Shown: positions 39,871-50,627, numbered from the stretch's first letter. The stretch is DNA of 64,000 nt from an uncultured Candidatus Actinomarina sp. (GCA_902626065.1 CACODT010000001.1:151493-215492), one strand, 5' to 3'. Numbers and translations: made by a program. The notes: generated by a model not told the origin, from the letters alone.

Positions 39871-41240
39871 TTGAGATCTCTTTTGAAATCGATTGAATTA
39901 ACAAAAGCTTTCATTTGATTGTAATTTCTAACTTCAGATGTATTGTTCGTAATCCTGTCGAATTTCCTGATTAAACTATCACCGGTATTCCAATACTTAA
40001 ATCTTTCAGGATTCAACCAATATATATTTTTAAAAGATTTACTTATCTCATTGATAAGTTCTTCATCTATATCTCGATAATTGTTTCTTGCGTCCCCTAT
40101 GACTATCAAACATTTATAGTTCGTATTATTTTTCTTTACCTCATCCATTAACTCTTCGAAGGTTCTTGAATAGTCTGAGTGACCATCTTGTTTAACAAAG
40201 TTATTCCAATTCTTTAAGAATGATTCTATCTCGGTTTTTTTAAGCTTTTTGATATCTTTTGTTACTTCAGTAATTCCATCAATGAAAACGAAAGACTTGA
40301 TTGAGTTGAATCTGCTAACCATTCCATAAAGTAATGTAAGTCCAAAAAGTGAATATAGTGCCATTGAGCCACTTATGTCACATAAAATAATAAGCTTGGG
40401 TTTTTTCTTATTCTTCGGTTTGTAAATAATATTTTGGAGGACCCCTCCAGATTGGATGGACTTTCTTATAGTCTTTCTTAAATTCAGATTCCCTTTATTG
40501 GAGAACTTTATCTGCTTTTTAAATTTTATAGCAAGTTTATTCCCAAGGGAGTATGTTTGTTCAAGTAATTTTTTTCTTTCTTCACTATTTGTATAAAGGT
40601 AATCTAACTCATTTAATTGATCTTTATTGTCTAATTCAGAAGGTTGATAAGCATCTCTTGTTTTATTTCTCTCTTCTTTAAGTAGCTCTAATAGTTTCAA
40701 ATCAAGGAAATTCGAGAAGTTTTCTCTATTTAAATTATTAATTATATTTTTAAAAGTATCATCAAATTGAACATCAAAAAGACTTACCATGTCTTCGTAA
40801 GCTTTTGTTTTCTTTATCTGATTTAACCAGTAGGCATTGGAAACAGGTCTAGAAAAGTCTAAATTTTCGAAATCTTGTATTATTTCTATTGCAATTTTAG
40901 AAAAATCAATATCTCGACTTTCGCCATCAATTAGTACATCTTGAAAATTTTCGTTTAAATCATATTCATTAAAAAAATTAAAATCAAAAGTTGTATTGTC
41001 TTCAAATTTGAAATTGAAATATTCAGAGATTAAATGTTTAATTTTATCTTTTTCATCCTTGTCTTTAGGAATTAGGAAATACAAATATCTAATCTTTTCT
41101 TCAAATGATTCGATTTTTTTTGATTCAATGTATCCAAAATAAGTTTGAAGTTTATCAATAGATATAAAAAATTGTTGTTCTTTACAAAACTGTGAAAAAG
41201 CAACTATTTCATTCTTGAATGAGCTCATTTGCATTTTCAA
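39867..41240 (-). CDS. VWA-domain protein, CoxE-like
   Basis: LCDISGSM (MIDAS), IGDARNNY, WLNPE...WNTGDS motifs. Confidence 0.85.
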   Translation of the reverse strand: MKMQMSSFKNEIVAFSQFCKEQQFFISIDKLQTYFGYIESKKIESFEEKIRYLYFLIPKDKDEKDKIKHLISEYFNFKFEDNTTFDFNFFNEYDLNENFQDVLIDGESRDIDFSKIAIEIIQDFENLDFSRPVSNAYWLNQIKKTKAYEDMVSLFDVQFDDTFKNIINNLNRENFSNFLDLKLLELLKEERNKTRDAYQPSELDNKDQLNELDYLYTNSEERKKLLEQTYSLGNKLAIKFKKQIKFSNKGNLNLRKTIRKSIQSGGVLQNIIYKPKNKKKPKLIILCDISGSMALYSLFGLTLLYGMVSRFNSIKSFVFIDGITEVTKDIKKLKKTEIESFLKNWNNFVKQDGHSDYSRTFEELMDEVKKNNTNYKCLIVIGDARNNYRDIDEELINEISKSFKNIYWLNPERFKYWNTGDSLIRKFDRITNNTSEVRNYNQMKAFVNSIDFKRDLK

Positions 41241-42039
41241 TTTGTTCTTTGTACTTTTCTTGATCAGATTTATCCTTTAAAAGTATCCCTAAATTATCTA
41301 TTGTTGACTTATTTTTATTCAAAAAGTTGTATTTCACCCACTCAACAGACTCGATTAGTGATGGAATTTTGTTTAAATTAAGTTTCCTGACAAAAGAAAT
41401 AAAAGAAGCATAGCTTTTTGCCTGGGATTCCGATATCTCCTCAATATTGTTCATTAAAACTTTAGACTCGACATCAACGGAAGGAAAATCAAGAAAGAAA
41501 TAAATACATCTCCTTTTAAGCGCGTCTGATAACTCTCTTGTTCCATTTGAGGTGAGGATAGTTATTCTATTATCATTACCATTAATTGTCCCAAACTCAG
41601 GTATAGTAACTTGATTTTCAGCAAGAATTTCGAGTAACAACGCTTCAAACTCTTCATCTGATCTATCTATTTCATCAATAAGAAATAAACTGTCTTTTTC
41701 AGCAGTTAATGCATTTAAGATAGGTCGTTTGATTAGGTATTTTTCATCAAAAAGGTTCTCGGCATTTTTATCTTGTTGAATGCTCAAAAGTTGCTTTTTA
41801 TAATTCCATTCATAAACTGCTTTATCTTCATCAATTCCTTCATGGCACTGGAGTCTTATCAACTCTAGATTAAAAAGCGACGAAATTGCTTTCGCCAGAA
41901 AAGTTTTTCCAGTTCCAGCAGGACCCTCAATGAGTAATGGCTTCTCGAGATATATTGCAGCGTTAACAACATCTACAAGATCTTCGTTAGAGAAGTAATT
42001 TACGCTCTCTAAATCTTTTATACTTACCTCTTTATTCAT
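41209..42039 (-). CDS. MoxR-family AAA+ ATPase, CoxD-like
   Basis: EGPAGTGKT, RLQCHEG, YEWNY, LIDEIDRSDEEFEA, ALKRRC motifs. Confidence 0.9.
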   Translation of the reverse strand: MNKEVSIKDLESVNYFSNEDLVDVVNAAIYLEKPLLIEGPAGTGKTFLAKAISSLFNLELIRLQCHEGIDEDKAVYEWNYKKQLLSIQQDKNAENLFDEKYLIKRPILNALTAEKDSLFLIDEIDRSDEEFEALLLEILAENQVTIPEFGTINGNDNRITILTSNGTRELSDALKRRCIYFFLDFPSVDVESKVLMNNIEEISESQAKSYASFISFVRKLNLNKIPSLIESVEWVKYNFLNKNKSTIDNLGILLKDKSDQEKYKEQIENANELIQE

Positions 42040-43278
42040 CCTCTGACAGTTCCTTTTCCATTAATTACGTATCTTTCTGTGGTTAATGCTTCTAAGCCCA
42101 TTGGTCCTCTAACGTGTAATTTTTGAGTACTGATTCCTATCTCAGCTCCAAAACCAAACATCTCACCATCCGTAAACCTTGTTGAAGCATTTATGAATAT
42201 TACAGATGAATCAATAGAACTCGAGAATTTATCGGCAATTTTTTCAGATTCAGTAAGAATCCCCTCTGTATGTCCAGAAGAAAATTTATTGATATGCTTG
42301 ATTGCATCATTTTCATCCTCAACAATTTTTATTGCTATTTTCAGATCCAAAAATTCTGTAAAGTAATGTTCATCATTAGCAATCTCTAAATCTGGATAAT
42401 CATTACTGGCTTGTTCATCAATAAATACCTCTACCGAATTATCTTTGAGGGCATCAATAATATCCTTACCATTTTTTTTGATATACATCTTTATGAAGTA
42501 TTAAAGTTTCTAAAGCGTTGCAAACTCCTGGTCTTTGAACCTTTGAATTGATGACTATGGGAACCATATATTCCTCTTTTGCATCTCTATGTATATAAAG
42601 GTGTACATTTCCATCACCATCTAAAATAAATGGAACTTTTGAATTATTAACTAGAGTTTCAATTAACCCCCTACCTCCTCTAGGAACTATCAAATCAATA
42701 TACTCTGTCATATTCATAAATTCGATTGCATCTTCTCTATCTTTACTATCGATAAGTTGGATACAATTTTTTGACAAATCATTTCTTTCCAAGGCTTTTT
42801 GTAACGTGTTTAAAATTTTTAAATTTGAATCTAAACAATAGCTTGATCCACGAAGAATAGATGCATTCCCTGACTTTAAACAAAGACCTGAAACATCACT
42901 TGTTACATTTGGTCTTGCTTCATAGATAATTCCGATTACCCCAAATGGTGAACGTACTTTATTTATATGAAGTCCATCTTCTGAAATCCAAGATTCCGTT
43001 ATCTTTCCAACTGGGTCCTCTAAAGGTATAATTTTTTTTAGGCCATCAGACATACCTTGGATTCTTTCTTTGTTTAAAGTTAACCTATCGGTTAAAGCAG
43101 GAGTTAAATCTAGTTGTTTTGCATTTTCTAAATCGATGTTGTTTGCTTCAATAATTTCGTCAGCATCCTCGATTAGTTGCGCCGCCATATCATTTAATAC
43201 TTTATTTTTAGTATCTGTCTCGATTGTTTTTAGCTCTTCAGCTGCCAAAAGAGCATTTTTACCAATTTCTTTAAGCAC
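42036..43278 (-). CDS. proA: Gamma-glutamyl phosphate reductase, split by a +1 frameshift at a T8 run (42472-42479)
   Basis: 5' ORF has IYEARPNVT, PRGG, GNVHLY, CNALET; 3' ORF has SGHTEGI, NASTRFTDG, STQKLHVRGPMG. Together they make one full-length ProA. Confidence 0.9.
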
Positions 43279-43317
43279 ATAACAAGAATAATTTGATTTG
43301 ATGGAAAGTAAAATTTT

Positions 43318-44376
43318 TTAGAGAATTAATAGGTTATCTTTATGAATTACTACAGTATTTTCAGTCTCAGTTAAATCTTGAATCTCTTTACTTGATAAAC
43401 TAACAACTCCCCTTGCAATTAATTCATTATTAGAACTTCTTATTTCAACCCCAGAATTTTCCTCAAAACTTTTGTTGACATTAATTACTCCTTTTGAGAG
43501 AAGTGATGCATCTGCTTTAAGGGCCTCTATCGCACCATCATCTACTATAATTTCGCCATCGGTTGTCATGCCAAACGCAATCCAAAGTTTTCTTAATTTT
43601 ATACTTTTCTTTGATGGCTTGATTATTGTCCCGATTTTTGATCCATTGACGACTTCATTAATACAATTTGGTGACCATGAAAGTATCTGCGTCTCGATTC
43701 CAGAGAAACCTGCCATCTGTGCTGCCATTATTTTTGTTGAAAAGCCACCCATACCTTTACCAGAGGAAGATTTAGGAATGAGATCATTTAATTCCTCGGA
43801 GTTGTATTCAATATTTTCTATTTTTTTTGCTTCCTCCATCTTTTCAGGATCTGAATCATATAAACCTTCTTTATCAGTAATAACCACTAATTTGTCTGCT
43901 TTGAGTAAAATCGAGACAATTGCTGAAAGCCTATCATTATCTCCAAATTTTAGTTCTTCTGTAGCAACTACATCGTTTTCATTTATTACTGGAATAATAT
44001 TTTTTGATACAAGACCATTCAATGCTTCTGTAGTATTTACAAATTGGTTTCTGTCTTCAAGAACATTCTTTGAGATAAGAACTTGAGCAATTTTTAATTG
44101 ATGAGAGTTAAATATATCTTTGTATTTGTTGATAAGACTCACTTGACCCACTGCGGACGCAACTTGTAGTTCTTTAAGATTTTTTGGTCGTTCTGGTAAG
44201 TTCAATTCATTTGCGCCAGACTGTACCGCCCCTGATGTAACAATGGCAAAATTAATACCATCTTTTCTCAGGTCACTTATTGATACTGCTAAAGATTCGA
44301 TAACATCGTCTCGAAGGACGTTTTCATCAAATAATGTGTTTGTCCCAATTTTTATAACTATAGTTTTATTACTCAT
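43318..44376 (-). CDS. proB: Glutamate 5-kinase with PUA domain
   Basis: VIKIGT, VTSGAV, NENDVV, FGDNDRLSA, SLLSKGV motifs. Confidence 0.95.
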   Translation of the reverse strand: MSNKTIVIKIGTNTLFDENVLRDDVIESLAVSISDLRKDGINFAIVTSGAVQSGANELNLPERPKNLKELQVASAVGQVSLINKYKDIFNSHQLKIAQVLISKNVLEDRNQFVNTTEALNGLVSKNIIPVINENDVVATEELKFGDNDRLSAIVSILLKADKLVVITDKEGLYDSDPEKMEEAKKIENIEYNSEELNDLIPKSSSGKGMGGFSTKIMAAQMAGFSGIETQILSWSPNCINEVVNGSKIGTIIKPSKKSIKLRKLWIAFGMTTDGEIIVDDGAIEALKADASLLSKGVINVNKSFEENSGVEIRSSNNELIARGVVSLSSKEIQDLTETENTVVIHKDNLLIL

Positions 44377-45562
44377 AAGAAAATTCGTGTCCGTTTAAAT
44401 CTACTATATCGCCTTTCTTAATTCCTTGATTTATTAATTCATGAGATATTGAGGACTTTTCGAATCGATATGAAATCTCATTCAATATTTCATGAGAGTT
44501 TCCTTTGAGATTAGTAATTTTTTCTGCTCTCCTTCCTCTTATTGTCCAAATATCTTTATCAGCATGTATATCAAATTCGTCAGTTTCTATAAAAATTTTT
44601 TCATAGCTCTTATTCACCCTATTGAGCTCTGTGAAGGAAATATCATCAAGCTGTTTAAGTAATTCATTAATACCCTCTTTAGTAACAGTAGAAATATTAA
44701 TATACTTATTATCAGTCTTATCTAAGTCCGATTTATTAACTACTTTAATATTTTTAATATTTTTAAATTCTGGATTAAATGTTTGGATTTCATTCTCCAA
44801 TAAATTAATTTGCTCTTCAATGTTGTATTCAGAATTATCTGGATCTAAAAGAAAAATTATAAATTTAGTATTTTTGAGATGTCTTAGAACCGATTTACCT
44901 AGACCTGTTCCCTTCGCTGCCCCTTCAATAAGACCGGGTAAATCACAAATTGTTATTATTTCTGAATTATTCTCATAAACTCCGAGACTTGGACTTACAG
45001 TTGTAAATGGATAGCTATCAACTTTAGAGTTTGAATTTGTTATTGTCGTAATTAAAGAACTTTTACCGGCATTTGGTAATCCAATTAAAGCTACATCTGT
45101 CATAAGACTTAACTCAAGATTTAAAGTAATTTTTCTTCTTTTTTCACCTGATTCACAAATCTCAGGATTTGGATTTCTTTTTGATATTAAATCTTTATTT
45201 CCCCTACCCCCCAATCCACCTTGACATATCTTATATTCAACATTTTCATCTATTATTTCTGCCAGCAATTCACCATTAGATATAACAGACGTACCTATTG
45301 GAATCTTTAAGTATATGTCTTTACCGTTAGCACCATTTTGTAAATTTTTGGATGCATCTCCTCCGTTTTCTGCTTTAAATGAACCTTTTGACTTTAAATT
45401 TGAATAATCAAATACATTGGAATCTGTAATAAGAAAAATTGACCCTCCATTTCCGCCATTTGCTCCATTTGGAGAGGTTTTACTTTTTTTGGAGCTGAAA
45501 CTTACAGATCCTGAGCCTCCGCTACCTGATAACAGATCAATTTGGATAGTGTCAACAAACAT
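44369..45562 (-). CDS. obgE: GTPase Obg/CgtA
   Basis: MFVD Gly-rich domain, GLPNAGKSS, YPFTT, DLPGLIEGA, NKSD; follows rplU-rpmA. Confidence 0.93.
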   Translation of the reverse strand: MFVDTIQIDLLSGSGGSGSVSFSSKKSKTSPNGANGGNGGSIFLITDSNVFDYSNLKSKGSFKAENGGDASKNLQNGANGKDIYLKIPIGTSVISNGELLAEIIDENVEYKICQGGLGGRGNKDLISKRNPNPEICESGEKRRKITLNLELSLMTDVALIGLPNAGKSSLITTITNSNSKVDSYPFTTVSPSLGVYENNSEIITICDLPGLIEGAAKGTGLGKSVLRHLKNTKFIIFLLDPDNSEYNIEEQINLLENEIQTFNPEFKNIKNIKVVNKSDLDKTDNKYINISTVTKEGINELLKQLDDISFTELNRVNKSYEKIFIETDEFDIHADKDIWTIRGRRAEKITNLKGNSHEILNEISYRFEKSSISHELINQGIKKGDIVDLNGHEFSYE

Positions 45563-45566
45563 GACA

Positions 45567-45815
45567 TTACGGAATTATATTTACTAGTTTTCTTCCATTT
45601 CGGGTTGAATACTTTACGGTTCCATTGACTTTGGCATAAAGTGTATCATCCCCACCCTTTTGAACGTTATTTCCAGGATGAATTTTTGTTCCTCTTTGTC
45701 TCACTACAATTGAACCTGCGGAAATTTTTTGACCATCAAAAACCTTAGTGCCTAATCGTTTAGACTCTGAATCTCTTCCGTTCCTAGTTGAACCACCTGC
45801 TTTTGTTTTTGACAT
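45567..45815 (-). CDS. rpmA: 50S ribosomal protein L27
   Basis: [16 protein letters not shown] and [10 protein letters not shown] motifs. Confidence 0.97.
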   Translation of the reverse strand: MSKTKAGGSTRNGRDSESKRLGTKVFDGQKISAGSIVVRQRGTKIHPGNNVQKGGDDTLYAKVNGTVKYSTRNGRKLVNIIP

Positions 45816-46142
45816 TTACTCTTCTTCCTCACCTTTGCCAGTTGAAATTGATTTTACTTTTACAATTTTTATATCTTCACGATAACCTAATTTTCTTCTA
45901 ATCCCAGATTTGTTCTTATAAGTGAAGATGTTTAATTTTTTTGACTTTTTTTCATCCAAAAGTTCGAAGTTCACAGAATATTTTGAGAGCTTTTTCTCAT
46001 CTGTAATCAAAGACCCTTTTCTTGCACTCATGAGAATCGGTGTTTTTGACTCTAATTTAAAGTTTGCTGGGACGCTTAAAACATCTCCAACACTTACTTT
46101 TTCCTGAGATGAACCTATTTTAACCACGGCGTATTTACTCAT
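45816..46142 (-). CDS. rplU: 50S ribosomal protein L21 (diverged)
   Basis: YAVVKIG..Q.KV..GD and FTYKNKSG.RRK.G.R; upstream of rpmA. Confidence 0.9.
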   Translation of the reverse strand: MSKYAVVKIGSSQEKVSVGDVLSVPANFKLESKTPILMSARKGSLITDEKKLSKYSVNFELLDEKKSKKLNIFTYKNKSGIRRKLGYREDIKIVKVKSISTGKGEEEE

Positions 46143-46149
46143 AATTCAA

Positions 46150-47619
46150 CTACTCTACTACGGCTTCAGTTTCAAGTAAATCGGTATTAACTGAATTATT
46201 TGAAAATATATCACCAATAATCAAACCTCTACCGTTGCATTCTTCACATTCATCAGAAAAACTTTCAATTAGTCCTGCTGAAACATTCTTTCTAGTCATT
46301 TCAACAAGTCCCAAACGAGAAATATCAAATACTTGTGTTCTTGTTTTATCCTTTGCTAATTCTTGTTTGAACTTATTGAGAAGTTCTTGTTGTTTCTTTT
46401 GAGTCTCCATATCAATAAAATCAATAACAATTATTCCACCAATATCTCTAAGTCTCAATTGCCTCGCAATCTCTTCTGCTGCCTCAAGGTTATTTTCAAA
46501 AACTGTTTGCTCAAGACTATCTTTTCCAACAAACTTTCCAGTATTTACATCTATAACTGTAAGAGCTTCTGTTCTATCAATAATTAAGTGACCCCCAGAA
46601 GGAAGCCATACTTTTCTATCTAAGGCTTTCTTTATTTGATCTTCAATATGGTATCTTTCAAAAAGATCTAAATCGTCTGTGTATTTTTCTACTATTTCAT
46701 TTAATTCTGGAGATGTATCAGAAATATAACTTTTTATGCTTTCAAATTTCTGATTGTTTTCAATTAATAATTTTTTGAAATTTGAACTTAAATGTTCTCT
46801 AATTACTTTTATCGATATATCTGGTTCTTCATGAATAAGGACTGGAGAACTGCCTGAATCTTTTGATGAGGTTGTTTCCCATTCACTAATTAACTTGTCT
46901 ATATCATTTTTGAGAGACTCTTCACTTACCCCCTCAGCAGCTGTTCTAACTATTACTCCAAATCCCTCCGGCTTAATTTTTCTTATTATTTTATCAAGCC
47001 TGTTTCGTTCCTCATCGGGCAACCTTCTTGAAATTCCCTTTGTATTAGAATTAGGAATTAGTACTAGATACCTACCTGGAAATGAAATCTGACCTGTTAA
47101 CCTTGCACCTTTTTCTCCCATCGCATCTTTGACAACCTGTACTAAAATTTCTTGTTCTTGCTTTAATAGATTTTCAATTTTTGAATTTCGTTTTGAGTTA
47201 GAAACATCAGCAACATATAAAACACCATTTTTTTCCTCACCAATTGATACAAATGCTGCCTCCATGCCCGGAAGAATATTTTTAACTTTTCCAAGGTAAA
47301 TATTTCCTACGAGTGATTTTGATTTTGCTTCAGCTGTGTAATATTCAACTAGTGTAGCCCCTTCTAAAATAGCAATTTTTGAAGAACCTCCTTTAAAACT
47401 AATTAGCATTTGCTTCTTGTCTACATGGGGTACTGGTAAAGGTGTTTCCCTAAACCAAGTTTGACGATTAGATTTTTTATAATCTTCTTTTTTTCCTCTG
47501 GATCTTGATGTTCCAGATTTGATTTTTACTTTTTGACCATTAAACCATTTAGTTTCAGTATTACTGAACTTATCTTCGCTTTTTCGTACTACTTTCGATT
47601 TTTTGAAAATACCAAACAT
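46150..47619 (-). CDS. rne: Ribonuclease E/G family
   Basis: GNIYLGKV, QVVKD..GEKGARLT, IDVNTG, LRDIGGIIVIDFIDM, CEEC.G.G motifs. Start re-called to ATG 47619 behind GGAGG. Confidence 0.93.
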   Translation of the reverse strand: MFGIFKKSKVVRKSEDKFSNTETKWFNGQKVKIKSGTSRSRGKKEDYKKSNRQTWFRETPLPVPHVDKKQMLISFKGGSSKIAILEGATLVEYYTAEAKSKSLVGNIYLGKVKNILPGMEAAFVSIGEEKNGVLYVADVSNSKRNSKIENLLKQEQEILVQVVKDAMGEKGARLTGQISFPGRYLVLIPNSNTKGISRRLPDEERNRLDKIIRKIKPEGFGVIVRTAAEGVSEESLKNDIDKLISEWETTSSKDSGSSPVLIHEEPDISIKVIREHLSSNFKKLLIENNQKFESIKSYISDTSPELNEIVEKYTDDLDLFERYHIEDQIKKALDRKVWLPSGGHLIIDRTEALTVIDVNTGKFVGKDSLEQTVFENNLEAAEEIARQLRLRDIGGIIVIDFIDMETQKKQQELLNKFKQELAKDKTRTQVFDISRLGLVEMTRKNVSAGLIESFSDECEECNGRGLIIGDIFSNNSVNTDLLETEAVVE

Positions 47620-47691
47620 TAAAACCTCCATAATTATGATGTGAGAATATATTTAAAAACTTCATATATTAAGACTAATACCCTTTAAATA

Positions 47692-48792
47692 TTAAATTGT
47701 TATGTTATTTTCTATAAATATTCGATTTGTAATTCCAAATATAAAAGCAATAGAAACCATTGAGGAGCCTCCCAGACTGAGTAGTGGGAATGGCAAACCT
47801 GTAACAGGTATCAAACCTACAACTGTTGATATATTTATAATTATCTGAAATGATAAAAGAGCAATAAAACCAGCAATTACAAACTTATCAAAATCTGAAT
47901 TCGACACTGTCAAAATTCTTCCTAATCTGCTGAACAGAAGACCCCAAAGGCCAATTAAAAACAAAATACCAAAAAAACCGAAATTATAAGCAAATGCTGC
48001 AAATATAAAATCCGTAGTTTCAACTGGAACAAACACTTTATCGATATTTTCAGCAACAAAATATTGTCCAAACAATCCACCACTAGAAATTAACAACCTA
48101 CTTTGAGATTGAGAAAAATCTAGATCTGAGGAGAAAAATTCATTCAACCTGCTGATTTGGTATTGTGTTACGAGATTTACATTATCAACTCTGGATCCTA
48201 TTTCTAAAAAAATGAAAAATAAAGATACACCAAATATCAAAAGTAAAGACATATAACGTAACTTAATGTTGGATAACAAAAGCATTGAAAGAAATACAAA
48301 TGATATTATTAATGCAGTTCCTAAATCTGGCTGAAAATTAATTAATAGAACAGTTCCAAAAATGAGAGAGATCAAGATACCTTTATTAAAATTTTTTGAT
48401 AATAAGTTTGCAACAAAAACAACAATAATGACTTTAGCGAATTCAGATGGTTGAACATCAATTGGACCAAGGTCAAACCATCTACGTACGCCTAATTTTG
48501 GTTGAGTGAATAATAAGGCACCTAATAAACTAACAATTACAAAGAACAAAAAGTTTGCGTATCTTTGAAGATTTTCTATTGATAAATATGTAAGCAGAAA
48601 AAAAACTATTACTGATAAAATTGAAAAAACTACCTGTCTAGTCAGAATATTATCTACCTCAAATTCAAGACCTTGAAAGTCCGTTAGTGTATAAAGAGTA
48701 AACCAAGATATAAAATTAAAAAAAAGAAAAATTAAAAAAATAAAAATATTTGTCCCTTGTGGTCCTAGTAGAGTTATTTTTCTGTTATTCAC
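47692..48792 (-). CDS. rodA: SEDS peptidoglycan polymerase RodA
   Basis: QPSEFAK, QPDLGT, TDFIF, TGLPFPLLSLGGSS motifs. Confidence 0.9.
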   Translation of the reverse strand: MNNRKITLLGPQGTNIFIFLIFLFFNFISWFTLYTLTDFQGLEFEVDNILTRQVVFSILSVIVFFLLTYLSIENLQRYANFLFFVIVSLLGALLFTQPKLGVRRWFDLGPIDVQPSEFAKVIIVVFVANLLSKNFNKGILISLIFGTVLLINFQPDLGTALIISFVFLSMLLLSNIKLRYMSLLLIFGVSLFFIFLEIGSRVDNVNLVTQYQISRLNEFFSSDLDFSQSQSRLLISSGGLFGQYFVAENIDKVFVPVETTDFIFAAFAYNFGFFGILFLIGLWGLLFSRLGRILTVSNSDFDKFVIAGFIALLSFQIIINISTVVGLIPVTGLPFPLLSLGGSSMVSIAFIFGITNRIFIENNITI

Positions 48793-50627
48793 TCTGTTAT
48801 CTCTCCGTATCTTACTGGTGTTAAATCACTTCCAATTAAATGTTGGATTATCCTTCTACTTATTGGCGCAGCAATGGCACTGCCTGATCCTCCCTCTTCG
48901 ACAACTGTCACCACAACATATTTTGGATCTTTCACAGAGTCTATACCAACAAACCATGAAGTATTATTTTTTTCTCCTGGATTCTGAGCTGTACCAGTTT
49001 TACCCCCAATATCGTTTGCCTTTCGTCCCATAATTTCAAATGCAGCATATGCCGTACCATTCTTATTTGTCACTAAATTTAAATCATTTTTTAAAAAATC
49101 AATAAAATCATCGGAAATATTATATTTTTTAAGTTTCAGATTATCAGATGTTTCAATATTTAGATATGGGCTTGAATAGGTTGACGTAAGTAATGTTTTA
49201 TATGCATTTGCTACTTGAATTGGCGTTACTGTTATCGCTCCTTGTCCAATAATTAAGTTCATAAGGTCACCACCAAGCCATCCCTCTGGTCTTACCAAAT
49301 CTGGCCTAGATATAGTCCAATCTTCAAAAACTTCCCTATCTGGAATTATTCCGTTTCTTTCAAAAGGAAGATCTATATTTGTTAGTTCACCAAAACCCAA
49401 GTCTTTTGCATAATTCTGCAAAATTGATTCATTCTGAGTCCCCTCATATGTTCTCCAGATATTTAAAGCAATGTCCCAAAAATAAACATTACAAGATTGC
49501 TGCATAGCTGAACTTAAATTTACCCTTCCGTGGCCATCTTCTTTCCAGTCTTGATAAACTTGCTGAGAACCATCATCAAATCCAAATGATAAGCTTCCCT
49601 TACAGTCGATTCTTCCTCTTCGCGAATTCAAACCTTCCGGGAAAAGTCCTTCATTTTCGGCAAGCCAATAGGAAACAACCTTAAATACAGAACCAGGGGG
49701 ATATAGTCCTTGGATTGCAAAATTGTTAAATGCCTGTATTCTATTGAGCTGTTCAAAATCTTGATTCGAGATTCCATCTACAAATTGATTTGGGTTGAAA
49801 TCAGGTAGAGATACCATTGAAACTATAGCCCCTGTATTTACATCTAAAACAATTGATGCACTTCGAATTACTTTATTTTTTGTTTGCTCATTTTCATTCG
49901 CAAGTTCGATGCCTTGGAGAAGTGAATTTTTCACAATATTCTGGGTTTCAATGTTTAAAGATATATATATATCTTCACCTTTTTGTGGTGGAATATATTC
50001 GATTATTTCATTTCCTTTTAAAGTTATTTCTCCAGGCAACCCTGTTAAAGTATTTTCATAAAATTTCTCGAGTCCATTTTTGCCTACCTGAAGGCTTTTC
50101 TTGGTATGCGGAAATTCTTCAAAATCATCAGATGTTGGTTTACCTACATATCCAATTATGTGTGAAGTTAAATTATCGTAATTATATTTTCTAATCGGAA
50201 AATCAAAAATTTCAAAAGCATCTAACTCTAAAAGTTTCTGTCTTTCTGTTGCAGAAAAGGTCGAAATATTTCCGACTAATTCGATATTATTTCCATCAAC
50301 AAAGAAGTTTGTAATTTCATTTTGGCCAAATTCTGGAAAGTTATATCTAATGAATTGTTGATAAATTTGACTATTATTTTCATCAATTTTCCTAAAATTT
50401 AAAAAAAGATGAGGCTCCATCGATGATGTTGCTAGCCTTTCATTCTTGTCATCAAATATGTCACCTCTCGGTGCTGTAAGATAAAAAGTATCACTAGTTT
50501 GTTTGTCAATCGTACTCAATGCTGTAGCTCTTGATAAGACCTGTAAATCAAAAAGGAAAGAGGCTATGTATATAAATAATCCGATTAAAAGAAGTGCTAA
50601 GAAATTATATCTTTTGTTTAAGAACAT
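48789..50627 (-). CDS. mrdA: Class B penicillin-binding protein (PBP2)
   Basis: APRGDI, PGSVFK (SxxK), SCN (SxN), KTGT motifs. Confidence 0.9.
   Translation of the reverse strand: MFLNKRYNFLALLLIGLFIYIASFLFDLQVLSRATALSTIDKQTSDTFYLTAPRGDIFDDKNERLATSSMEPHLFLNFRKIDENNSQIYQQFIRYNFPEFGQNEITNFFVDGNNIELVGNISTFSATERQKLLELDAFEIFDFPIRKYNYDNLTSHIIGYVGKPTSDDFEEFPHTKKSLQVGKNGLEKFYENTLTGLPGEITLKGNEIIEYIPPQKGEDIYISLNIETQNIVKNSLLQGIELANENEQTKNKVIRSASIVLDVNTGAIVSMVSLPDFNPNQFVDGISNQDFEQLNRIQAFNNFAIQGLYPPGSVFKVVSYWLAENEGLFPEGLNSRRGRIDCKGSLSFGFDDGSQQVYQDWKEDGHGRVNLSSAMQQSCNVYFWDIALNIWRTYEGTQNESILQNYAKDLGFGELTNIDLPFERNGIIPDREVFEDWTISRPDLVRPEGWLGGDLMNLIIGQGAITVTPIQVANAYKTLLTSTYSSPYLNIETSDNLKLKKYNISDDFIDFLKNDLNLVTNKNGTAYAAFEIMGRKANDIGGKTGTAQNPGEKNNTSWFVGIDSVKDPKYVVVTVVEEGGSGSAIAAPISRRIIQHLIGSDLTPVRYGEITE

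Noticed and set aside
43472-44086. 204-aa + strand ORF, and similar antisense ORFs (e.g. 28279-28716, 57167-57616, 61382-61834, 11030-11383)
   Set aside because: They lie fully antisense to well-conserved genes, are Ser/Ile/Phe-rich shadow translations and show no motifs.
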